From Bacteroides phage crAss001: a stretch of 32,000 nt of DNA. Positions 9,914 to 18,489 of this stretch are shown here, in pieces (positions within the stretch are counted from its first letter, which is position 1; each line of letters opens with the position of its first letter). The stretch lies in sequence record NC_049977.1, one strand, 5' to 3'. The notes under the pieces are model-generated. The model was not told the origin of the DNA. It did not search any database and saw nothing but the letters and a program-made list of their open reading frames with translations. The position numbers and the translations under genes were made by a program.

Positions 9914-10715
9914 TATATATATAGGTCATTTGTACAACCTTATCAAGATTCTCCAGAAGGTAATCATTCATAGCATCATTGTTGAATGTAGAGGGAGTTG
10001 GCTTTTTAGGTCTTACTATAAACCTGTCAGTCACATCAGCTACTATTATCTCAGGTAATGGTTTAGTTACTTGAGTAACCCAGCTATTTGAGCTTCTTAT
10101 AGAAGTATTAATCTCCTGAGCAGTAACACCAATATTGTTTGTATCTACCATGATACCCTCCTGTACAAATGCAGGAATGACTGTCTTAATAATACCCTTT
10201 TCAACTATACCATTACTTACAAAGACCTTTGGATTCACATAGATTCTACCAGTTTTGTAGTGTAGAATTCTATCCTCCATAACCCCATGAAGTGTATATA
10301 GTATTAATAAGTTATAATCTTTGTCAAGGATATAACCATTACCACCATAATACACCTCACCAGTGTTAGTTGTTATCTTCATAAGCCTATCTCTTCTATC
10401 ATTCATCTGGAATGTCTTGAAGATTGCATTTGCAGTTCTTCTTGATTGGGAATAACTATTCCCAAATAAAGCAACAGCCACTTCTTTCAAATTATTAGGA
10501 TGATTGTAGTTACTCAATAACCCCTCCTCAACCCTATACTTGCACATTAATGGAACATCAATCTCTGGTCCACTAATATCTACTCTTAAGAACAGATTGA
10601 ACACATTATTGTTTTCAAATGCAAGATTAGGTTTAATATAGTTTGGGGATTGAATATCACCCCTATTCAAGAATATATCATGAAGTTGCCTATTTAATTG
10701 TACACTTATTGCCAT
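9903..10715 (-). CDS. hypothetical protein coupled to the ThiF/E1-like gene
   Basis: ORF whose start codon abuts/overlaps the ThiF stop (10713-10717). Confidence 0.7.
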   Translation of the reverse strand: MAISVQLNRQLHDIFLNRGDIQSPNYIKPNLAFENNNVFNLFLRVDISGPEIDVPLMCKYRVEEGLLSNYNHPNNLKEVAVALFGNSYSQSRRTANAIFKTFQMNDRRDRLMKITTNTGEVYYGGNGYILDKDYNLLILYTLHGVMEDRILHYKTGRIYVNPKVFVSNGIVEKGIIKTVIPAFVQEGIMVDTNNIGVTAQEINTSIRSSNSWVTQVTKPLPEIIVADVTDRFIVRPKKPTPSTFNNDAMNDYLLENLDKVVQMTYIYNDI

Positions 10716-11872
10716 TACATTTCTACTTTAAAGTACATTGTATCAGCAGAATATTGAGTCATAAAAGGCACATCCCTATCTATAATAGGGTTACATTCAT
10801 TAGCCACGAAGTTTACAAATAGATTAACCATTACTGATGCAATCATATTTGCCATAAAGGTTGTCTGTTTATAGCTACAGATAGTTTCATCTGCCACTGC
10901 ATCACTAAACAACCATCTATTCTTATATTCAACTATAGCTCTTTCATCATTGCCTTGAATAGCAAAGACTTGAAATTCTTCTGCTGCCAACCTACCATCA
11001 ATGAATAAACATTTAGACCTATCTCCCTCAGGTTTATTACCTACATGCTCAAACCATTTATCAAAGAACAGTTTCCTTGCTTCCATGTTATCAAAGCCAC
11101 AAATCATAATATCTGTAGCTTCGCTCTCATCAGTAAACCTTTCTTGATATGCTACACTATTATAGTAGTTTGCATATACCTGCAACATCCTATGAAGGGA
11201 GCTGACCTTTGCTTGTCCTAAATCTTGACTACCATACAATTGACCAGACATGTTAGCCTGTTCAACTATATCTGGGTCATATAAATATAGTCCAGCAGGT
11301 TTTAGTCTTGCAAGTAGGAAACCAACATAACTTCCTATACCACCTACACCAGCTAATGTAATAGTCTTAGACTGAATGGCACTATACCAGATAGCTCCAC
11401 TGAATCTACTTGTAGCTTCATCCACAAGCAAACTACCTGAATTAGGTGGAATCACCACTTCCTCAGCAGCTAATGCAGCTTCAAGTAATGCTTCCCCTTG
11501 TTCATCAATTTCTACAGGAGCATCCTCAGTATTCTGAGCATCATGCAACAGATTAGACCCATCCAATGTTACTACAAGAGTTACAGGAAGCATGGGAGTT
11601 TCCATGCTCACTGCACCAATAGTCACTAAATAAGCACCACTTACATGTTGCTCTTCATGAATAATTTCCCATCCACCACTTTGCAATAGAGCAATTGCTG
11701 AATTTAACTCAGAAGCAGGGCTATACATTAAGTTCTCTTCTGGAGCATAGGTACTCCCTCCTACAATTGCAGTTTGAATGATGATGCCATCAGGATGTCC
11801 CAGACCTGCTGTTTCTGCATCTATAGTCATTTGACTTATAGCACTTTCTAATACTTCATCTTCCATAATCAA
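10715..11872 (-). CDS. ThiF/E1-like adenylyltransferase (PRTRC ThiF-like)
   Basis: Rossmann GVGGIGSYVGFLLARL; LYDPDIVEQANMSGQLYGSQDLGQAK; candidate catalytic cysteine ETICSYKQTTFMAN. Confidence 0.88.
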   Translation of the reverse strand: MIMEDEVLESAISQMTIDAETAGLGHPDGIIIQTAIVGGSTYAPEENLMYSPASELNSAIALLQSGGWEIIHEEQHVSGAYLVTIGAVSMETPMLPVTLVVTLDGSNLLHDAQNTEDAPVEIDEQGEALLEAALAAEEVVIPPNSGSLLVDEATSRFSGAIWYSAIQSKTITLAGVGGIGSYVGFLLARLKPAGLYLYDPDIVEQANMSGQLYGSQDLGQAKVSSLHRMLQVYANYYNSVAYQERFTDESEATDIMICGFDNMEARKLFFDKWFEHVGNKPEGDRSKCLFIDGRLAAEEFQVFAIQGNDERAIVEYKNRWLFSDAVADETICSYKQTTFMANMIASVMVNLFVNFVANECNPIIDRDVPFMTQYSADTMYFKVEM

Positions 11873-13119
11873 ATAATATAATCATCCATTAATTTGATAT
11901 AAACACTTAACCAAGGATTCTTTGGTAATTTCTCAAGTTCTTCCCTTACATCATGTGCCAGTAATGCAGCCATAGTGGAATCATCATTATTAATTACTGC
12001 CATAACATCTCCATCATAGGTATAATTAATAAGATAATCTACATAGTTTGATGCAAAGTATTCAAACTCTTTGACAGTTCCAAATCTCCTTCTATAAAGA
12101 CTCTCCATAGAATTAGCCCACTTCTTCACATCAACCGCACTTTCATTTGAAATGATGATACTTGATGTAACAAGTTGTCTTACAATAGATTGAACTATAT
12201 CTGCATCTACTGTCACTACACCATAAGGAATGTCCAGATTCTCTTCCTCAGGTTGTTCAAAAGGCAACTCACCTTGTTTAACAGGTATCTCTTTAACTTC
12301 TTTAGCTTTATACCAGCCTCTTCCTTCTTCCCCATAATATTTTTCTCTTTCCATAGGAAATGTACTCCCCACCTCCTTGGCTGGGGTAATATTCTTCCCA
12401 TAATTATCATATTGGGAATAATAATTTCTGCCTTTATACACAGGAACTACAATTTTCTTCTTAGACTCTTTGATTTCCTTGATTCTTTCCATCATTTCAG
12501 TCTCAAAGTCATTAGTTGCATTCTCAAATACTATATCCAAATTGAACCATTCAAGTTTCTCTTCTTCAATATCAAAGGTCTCTACTCCCTCCTTCACTTC
12601 ACCATTCCAAGTAGGATAAGTGTATTTCTCAGATACAGTCTGTACACATTTGTACTTTCTTGTAACACCAGCAGTATATTTACCTGCATTATTTACAATC
12701 AAGGATACAAAGTGAGCCATATCATTACCTTCTGCACTTAGAGTTGCTGTATCAGTACCACTAAAGAAAGTAGCCATATTATTATGGCTATGGATTAATC
12801 CTTGATATATCCCCTCTTCCAATAATTCAGGATGGTCTACCATATATGTAGCCATATCAGGAGATACATTGAACTCAGTATATGTACTTGAACCAATGTC
12901 CATTTGGAACAAATCCACACATCTGATAGTTAGGGATTTATCTTCAAAAGCTCCCTCAACTTTATAGAACAAGACACCTGACCATTCTACATCCCAGATG
13001 TTCTTGCATAAAAATCTTATCTTTTTCTCAACCTCTGCTGGAATGACAATCTTAAATATATCCTGTCTGTGGACTAATTCCAGTACTGGTTTCACTTCTT
13101 TCTTCTCTTCCATATCCAT
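11869..13119 (-). CDS. JAB/JAMM metalloprotease-like protein (PRTRC A-like, deubiquitinase fold)
   Basis: GVLFYKVEG ... GLIHSHNNMATFFSGTDTATL, matching E ... HxH(x)nS(x)nD. Confidence 0.85.
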   Translation of the reverse strand: MDMEEKKEVKPVLELVHRQDIFKIVIPAEVEKKIRFLCKNIWDVEWSGVLFYKVEGAFEDKSLTIRCVDLFQMDIGSSTYTEFNVSPDMATYMVDHPELLEEGIYQGLIHSHNNMATFFSGTDTATLSAEGNDMAHFVSLIVNNAGKYTAGVTRKYKCVQTVSEKYTYPTWNGEVKEGVETFDIEEEKLEWFNLDIVFENATNDFETEMMERIKEIKESKKKIVVPVYKGRNYYSQYDNYGKNITPAKEVGSTFPMEREKYYGEEGRGWYKAKEVKEIPVKQGELPFEQPEEENLDIPYGVVTVDADIVQSIVRQLVTSSIIISNESAVDVKKWANSMESLYRRRFGTVKEFEYFASNYVDYLINYTYDGDVMAVINNDDSTMAALLAHDVREELEKLPKNPWLSVYIKLMDDYII

Positions 13120-14386
13120 AATTTAATATTCTCAACATGCTACAAACAATAGCTTCAATATATTGTAAATTCAGTATCCTTGTTCTATTAAGAGATTCCT
13201 CCTCTGAGGATAGTACCCCATCAATAGTCAAGGTAATCTCTCTACCTTTGAATGTACAGATTTTCTTTCCTACATATCTCTGATAGTCATCACTACTATT
13301 CCTTCTTACTGGTTTTGGTATATAGACTTTACCATTAGTTATGATACATTCATTGATAACACCTATACTAACAAGGTCAGCATAACTAATGTTAAAAGTA
13401 TGCTTATTGTATTCAGTATTATACCAGCTAATAAATTCATTACTGATAAGAACCACTGTATCAATGAAGGACATTCCTATCCCATAACTTCCATTACTAT
13501 AGTTGAACCTAATCTTCTTAGTCTCCAGAAGGTATTTAATGAATAGCTTGAATTGCTCTATTCCAAAGGCACTATTCCAAGGAACTACACCTCTAAGGGA
13601 TTGCATAGAGAATTTATCTTTAGCATCTCCCATCTCTGGTGCAAGAATATTCTCAAGCCTATGGTAGGGAACTCCATTAATAGATTCTACTCTTACATAC
13701 CTGTCAAGCTCCAGACATAATAACTGCCAAATGGCTTCATCATATCCTATAGCTAATGTAGAAATAGAAGAATTGATAGGTCCTCTACCAGTACAAGGTG
13801 TCTGGAAGTTCTCAAAGTTATTTATTGGAATAGAAGATACATGACTGTGCATATACCCACACTTGAATTGGTTTAGTGGGTAATTAGACCTGTTCACTCC
13901 AAAATATCCCTTACCTTTTCCCATCCAATTGAAAGGAACTTTAAGCCATAACTCCTTAATATCTACATACTTATCATATTCATTTGTAATCCTTACTGTG
14001 GGAAAATAAATAAGAATGAATAAGTTATTGAACATAGTATTAGCAATCTTCTCTTTTATTATTGGCAAGAAATATTTAGCCAATGCAGAGTCACTTACAA
14101 CAGTTTCATTATTAGCACCTTCTGCTGTCCAAAAGAGATTTACTAAGTCTCGGTCCTCTTTATTCATATTTTGGTAAGCAGAAGAATCTACTATATTACT
14201 CCATTCCATAAATGTTCCCAAGGGGGTTCCACTAAGATATGTATATAATTCATCCTCAGTAAGAAAACCCTGCATTTCTACTCTTCCCTCACCAAAAAAG
14301 TCTCGAAAGAACTGTAGGATTTGATTTGGTCTTTCCATGATACTATTATGTAGTTCATGGACTTGTTTCTTTATTTCTTCGGTCAT
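13052..14386 (-). CDS. candidate E2-like / PRTRC-B-like protein in a ubiquitin-like cassette
   Basis: LFILIYFPTVRITNEYDKYVDIKELWLKVPF ... GYMHSHV ... FQTPCTGRGPI: strands followed by a His-containing loop and one Cys, as in E2-like folds; position between Ub-like and JAB genes. Confidence 0.5.
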   Translation of the reverse strand: MTEEIKKQVHELHNSIMERPNQILQFFRDFFGEGRVEMQGFLTEDELYTYLSGTPLGTFMEWSNIVDSSAYQNMNKEDRDLVNLFWTAEGANNETVVSDSALAKYFLPIIKEKIANTMFNNLFILIYFPTVRITNEYDKYVDIKELWLKVPFNWMGKGKGYFGVNRSNYPLNQFKCGYMHSHVSSIPINNFENFQTPCTGRGPINSSISTLAIGYDEAIWQLLCLELDRYVRVESINGVPYHRLENILAPEMGDAKDKFSMQSLRGVVPWNSAFGIEQFKLFIKYLLETKKIRFNYSNGSYGIGMSFIDTVVLISNEFISWYNTEYNKHTFNISYADLVSIGVINECIITNGKVYIPKPVRRNSSDDYQRYVGKKICTFKGREITLTIDGVLSSEEESLNRTRILNLQYIEAIVCSMLRILNYGYGREERSETSTGISPQTGYI

Positions 14387-14394
14387 TGCATGAT

Positions 14395-14438
14395 AAAAAA
14401 AAATGAGGGGGAAGGCTTATTCAGCCTCCTCCCTCATT
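14395..14438 (-). terminator. strong intrinsic terminator between the Ub-like and E2-like genes
   Basis: Minus strand ATGAGGGAGGAGGCT-GAATA-AGCCTTCCCCCTCAT followed immediately by 10 T. Confidence 0.85.
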
Positions 14439-14447
14439 GGTTTCTAC

Positions 14448-15125
14448 TTAATCAACAAAGTCAAACATCTTATTGATTTCAGACCTTGACATCTTTTCAG
14501 GTGCTTTGCAGATTGTACCTTTCAATACAGCCATAGCCCTGTTATAAGTATCTTCTTCCATGACATCACTGACATAGAGGTCTTCCAACAGAACTTCCAA
14601 TGCACCCACAACATTACCCTCAGAAGTTGCAGTCACCACAGGTTTTTCTTCTTCCTTTTTGGTTTCTTTCACTTCTTTTGTAGCTTTCTCTTTCACAACT
14701 TCTTTCTTCTCCTCTTTTACAGGAGCACCTTCACCCAACAGGTCAATCAAGTCCTGAGTTTTACACATAGTGAAGTTCTTTCCGAATCTTTTCACACATT
14801 CATTCTGCAAGCCTCTTGCCTTGATTGCATTGTAGGCTTCTGCCCTTGACATTGCACCAGACTTGATTTTCTTCTCAGGTGCAGTCAGCAGGAATGTCAA
14901 ATCATTTACTACCTGTCCTTTGTAAGGAATGTTGGTAGGAAGGATAGAAGCATCATCTTTCAATTCTGCTCTCAAATGACCTTCAAAGAATGTCATTCCT
15001 TCATATTCAATACCTGCTTCTCTCATTTCTCTTTTCAACTCACCCAGTGTAGTTGCAGCAGATGCCTGAATAACTTTTTGAGACTGAGTTTTGTTGTTGA
15101 TGATGGTTACTTTTCTAAATTCCAT
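14448..15125 (-). CDS. ubiquitin-like beta-grasp protein (PRTRC-type) with helical C-terminal extension
   Basis: Ub-like N-terminus MEFRKVTIINNKTQSQKVIQASAATTLGELKREMREAGIEYEGMTFFEGHLRAELKDDASILPTNIPYKGQVVNDLTFLLT, then SAP-like helices (SRAEAYNAIKARGLQNECVKRFGKNFTMCKTQDLIDLL) and a K/E-rich linker. Confidence 0.7.
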   Translation of the reverse strand: MEFRKVTIINNKTQSQKVIQASAATTLGELKREMREAGIEYEGMTFFEGHLRAELKDDASILPTNIPYKGQVVNDLTFLLTAPEKKIKSGAMSRAEAYNAIKARGLQNECVKRFGKNFTMCKTQDLIDLLGEGAPVKEEKKEVVKEKATKEVKETKKEEEKPVVTATSEGNVVGALEVLLEDLYVSDVMEEDTYNRAMAVLKGTICKAPEKMSRSEINKMFDFVD

Positions 15126-15151
15126 GATTTTTTTTTTTTAGTGATAAAACA

Positions 15152-16147
15152 TTACCTATTAAATAGGCTTAAAATTATTTCTCTGAATTGTTCTTTGTCT
15201 CCTATTGTTTTATAGAGGTCTGAGACATCTTTTCCTCCTTCAAAATGTGGCAATACTATATTAGTGAACCCAGTGGATGCTGATAGTTTCTCTCCATCTA
15301 TGAGACCAGCTTTATCATTATCCAATAAGATAAATACTTCCTTGTATCTTCTTTTGAGTTCATTAACAGCAGTATCACTGATACCATAACCCTCTCCTTG
15401 AATGGCTATAGCTGGTATTCCAGTGTTTGCCCATAGACATAAAGCATCTTTCATTGAAGAACAGATACATATCCTATCCCCAAATTCAGGTACTTTAGTC
15501 CATAAGCTAATTACTGACCTATCATGTCTGTTGGACCACTTATATCCCTTCTGATTGAATGGTTGATATATCTTTAAAGTGACTTTCCCTTCCTTATATT
15601 CTACATAAGCATAAGCATATTTATCTGCTGGGAAGACCATTCTGGTTTCTCCTTTTATGATTATCTTGTAGGATATAGGATAAATGTCAGCATACTTCAA
15701 CCACTCCAAAGTGATACCAAATGAAGCCCAATACTCAAGGTCATACTCTCTCCATTCTCTTGTCTTACACTGTAAATCAAGGTTAGAACTGTACTCCTTA
15801 GTAGTGACAATCTTAGGTTTACCTAATGCACTATAGCCATTAGTCTTAGTAATCTTGGATAAGTCCTCCCAAATATGTGCAAGCACATCATTGTAACTCT
15901 CCCCCCAATACTTACCTAATAAATCAAATGTCCCTCCTTTATCTTTTGTAGCCAAGTCTGTCCAATGTATCTTCTGACCATCTATGCTATAAAAACCAAA
16001 GGATGGATGGTTATCAGGTCTTAATGGACTTGATATAATACAGGGGACATTACTTACCCCAAAATAATGGTTCAGAATATCTAATTCTGATACCTTTGAT
16101 AAAATCTCTTCTAATCTGATATTAGGTTTACCAATACTAATAGCCAT
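15152..16147 (-). CDS. DnaG-like primase with TOPRIM domain
   Basis: CIISSPLRPDNHPSFGFY ... GGTFDLLGKYWG ... ICICSSMKDALCLWANTGIPAIAIQGEG ... VFILLDNDKAG. Confidence 0.85.
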   Translation of the reverse strand: MAISIGKPNIRLEEILSKVSELDILNHYFGVSNVPCIISSPLRPDNHPSFGFYSIDGQKIHWTDLATKDKGGTFDLLGKYWGESYNDVLAHIWEDLSKITKTNGYSALGKPKIVTTKEYSSNLDLQCKTREWREYDLEYWASFGITLEWLKYADIYPISYKIIIKGETRMVFPADKYAYAYVEYKEGKVTLKIYQPFNQKGYKWSNRHDRSVISLWTKVPEFGDRICICSSMKDALCLWANTGIPAIAIQGEGYGISDTAVNELKRRYKEVFILLDNDKAGLIDGEKLSASTGFTNIVLPHFEGGKDVSDLYKTIGDKEQFREIILSLFNR

Positions 16148-16167
16148 AGTTCTAAATCTTTATATTA

Positions 16168-17088
16168 TTAACCCCAAGGAGTTGCTGTAGGAGCTGTTGC
16201 TGCTCCTAATGGGTCATTATCAGCAGTGGGTGCAGCAAATGAAGTAGCTTCCACTACATTTTCATGCAAAGGTTGAGTGGAAAACTCAGTGCCCGGAGCA
16301 CCACCTGCATTCTGAAACTCTGTGATTGCAGCATCAATCCTACTGTAATCTGTTACAGCATTCTTAGCAAACTTCCTTGTAAATACAGCCTGATACTGTC
16401 TTGTACCATTCTCATTATCTACAGTTCTGATACCTACTGCACCTTTAACTGTATATGCAGCAGCAAGAGTAACAAGCTCTTTAAGTTCTTTTACATCACC
16501 CTTGAATAGAGCTGCCATATCAAGAGAAACCTCACTGTCAGAGGGGTCTTCCTTCATAATCCACTTACCATCTTTATAGTTGGCAGGATTAGGAATATTC
16601 AACCATTGAATAAGGAAGTCAATCAAGAATTCCTCACCTTGCCATGCAGGTCTGTAATCTGCACTAATATTGGCTGGTCCAGAAGTGTATTGTGGAATAG
16701 ACTTGGACTGTAGTTCTTCTTTTGTAGCCCATGCAGTTCTACCAAACTTATCAATAATCTGGCATTTACCACTTGTCTGACCAATCTTAAAGTCCTTAGT
16801 CAGCATGAAGCTGATAGGAATAAGCAATTCAATGCCATTGTTCAACTTAGCCTCAGGAGCAGTCTTTGCATAGAATACTACCCTTACCTGTTCCTTACCT
16901 TCATCAGTTTTACCAACATATTCAGGGTCATTCTCAATCTCTCTGCCTGTGAGAGCTTCTAATTCTGCCTTAGTAGGATTTACAGCTACAATATTGAATG
17001 CAGCCATACCTTTGTACATCTTGAAAGAACCTTCAACTGATTCTTTACCTACTTTAACAGCCATGAAACTTTTGTTTAAATTCTTCAT
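16168..17088 (-). CDS. hypothetical protein; possibly a phage ssDNA-binding/replication accessory protein (from context)
   Basis: ORF between primase and AAA/recombination genes; low-complexity C-terminus ending TATPWG. Confidence 0.45.
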   Translation of the reverse strand: MKNLNKSFMAVKVGKESVEGSFKMYKGMAAFNIVAVNPTKAELEALTGREIENDPEYVGKTDEGKEQVRVVFYAKTAPEAKLNNGIELLIPISFMLTKDFKIGQTSGKCQIIDKFGRTAWATKEELQSKSIPQYTSGPANISADYRPAWQGEEFLIDFLIQWLNIPNPANYKDGKWIMKEDPSDSEVSLDMAALFKGDVKELKELVTLAAAYTVKGAVGIRTVDNENGTRQYQAVFTRKFAKNAVTDYSRIDAAITEFQNAGGAPGTEFSTQPLHENVVEATSFAAPTADNDPLGAATAPTATPWG

Positions 17089-17115
17089 CTTAAATTACTG
17101 ATTTTTTTTTAGTGA

Positions 17116-17499
17116 TTAATCCTTGAAAGGCATTTCATCTGCTACTTCTCCAAATGGACTTGCAGGTGCTACCTCTTCTGCCAATGCAACTGCCTCAGAT
17201 GCAGGTACTTCTACCTCTCCTACAACCTCTTCTGAAACTTCTCCTTCTGGAGCTGCTTCTGTTGCTTCTGCTACTGCCATGATACCAGCAAGAACTTCCT
17301 CAGAAGTGAAACCACCAGTCATAGTCTTGATAGGAGCCTCAAAGCCTTCAATGGCTTCATTGATTACACCCAGTTCTTCCTGTGCTTTCTCAATCTTCTC
17401 TACCAGTTTGTCCCTTTTGGTTCTCAAACTCTTAGTGTTCTGGGCTGTTCTTTTAACAATAGCCAACTCAAATCTACTTAACTCTTTCATAATGTTCAA
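17116..17499 (-). CDS. hypothetical coiled-coil protein with acidic tail
   Basis: LRTKRDKLVEKIEKAQEELGVI coiled-coil-like segment followed by E/A-rich tail. Confidence 0.65.
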   Translation of the reverse strand: MNIMKELSRFELAIVKRTAQNTKSLRTKRDKLVEKIEKAQEELGVINEAIEGFEAPIKTMTGGFTSEEVLAGIMAVAEATEAAPEGEVSEEVVGEVEVPASEAVALAEEVAPASPFGEVADEMPFKD

Positions 17500-17789
17500 T
17501 TTATAAAAATTATTTGTCTTTGTCCCATATTATTGGGCTTACTTTGCAGTTTATTTATGGTATATTTCTTTTCATAATACTCTAATGCCTCTATAAAGAA
17601 AGGCTCGAATATCCCCTGTTTCAAGAGAATAGTAATGAATACTGTAGTTTCATAGTAAGGTTTACCATACTCCAAACAGTAATTCATTAATAGAATATTT
17701 ATGTCCATTTCAGTCAGTCCACCAAAGGCTACAAGCCTACTAATCCTGACTACTTCATCCCTACCCATAGTATTCCTGTGCTTTCTCAA
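17496..17789 (-). CDS. hypothetical protein
   Basis: ORF overlapping both neighbours. Confidence 0.6.
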   Translation of the reverse strand: MRKHRNTMGRDEVVRISRLVAFGGLTEMDINILLMNYCLEYGKPYYETTVFITILLKQGIFEPFFIEALEYYEKKYTINKLQSKPNNMGQRQIIFIN

Positions 17790-18468
17790 CTACAAGACCC
17801 AAATCATTGGGAATATATAGAGGAAACATACCAACAGGACTCTTTGCAGGATATACTCCATCATCATTGGTAACAAATTCTCTGATGGATTTCTTCTCTT
17901 TAGAATCAAAAGAAGACTTACCATAAAGAACCACTTCAAACTTACCCTCAGGAGTAATATAGGAATCAACCATGTTACCAGTACTCTTATATTTATAAGA
18001 GATACTATCACCATTCTTGTCTTTATACTCTTCATAATGAGCAAGACAAATCATGTTCTTGTTTTCTGGTACAAGATTGATTGCATCAAAGATTAACCCC
18101 ATTCCATAACCAATCTGTTTAGGAGTGTCCCAACCACCTTTCATTGCATTCTTCATATAGAAATCCTGACTGATATAATTCATATCATCCAGTACTATAT
18201 TGGTGAAAGGAGATTGTGGGCTGGATAGTGTCTCAATGATTTGTGCAACTTCCTTTGCATCATTGGTTATAATCCTGTTACCCTTAGCAATTTCCTTAAA
18301 AGTAGTAACTTGGTACTTACTTCCACCACCCCTGAAAGGCAAAGGTTTATTCACACAACTTATCAAATAAGTTACTTTAGGGTCCAACCCTTTCAATCCA
18401 AGCTCTGGTATTTCTCCAATAGAGGTTGACTTACCAAAACCTGACTTAGCTAAAATTAATGCTTTCAT
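17761..18468 (-). CDS. P-loop ATPase (RecA/AAA-like, phage recombination type)
   Basis: Walker A LILAKSGFGKSTSIGEIP; Walker B-like FTNIVLDDMNY. Confidence 0.75.
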   Translation of the reverse strand: MKALILAKSGFGKSTSIGEIPELGLKGLDPKVTYLISCVNKPLPFRGGGSKYQVTTFKEIAKGNRIITNDAKEVAQIIETLSSPQSPFTNIVLDDMNYISQDFYMKNAMKGGWDTPKQIGYGMGLIFDAINLVPENKNMICLAHYEEYKDKNGDSISYKYKSTGNMVDSYITPEGKFEVVLYGKSSFDSKEKKSIREFVTNDDGVYPAKSPVGMFPLYIPNDLGLVVEKAQEYYG

Positions 18469-18489
18469 TTTTTTTTTCTTGCTTAAAAT

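Noticed and set aside
12175-12741. Plus-strand ORF 12175..12741 (188 aa) and the nested minus ORF 12216..12410
   Set aside because: Both overlap the JAMM protein gene; the plus-strand one is the hydrophobic antisense of a charged region, a common artefact.
17123-17506. Plus-strand ORF 17123..17506
   Set aside because: Complete antisense of 17116..17499, rich in Ser/Ala/Thr mirrored from Glu/Ala/Thr codons; not supported.
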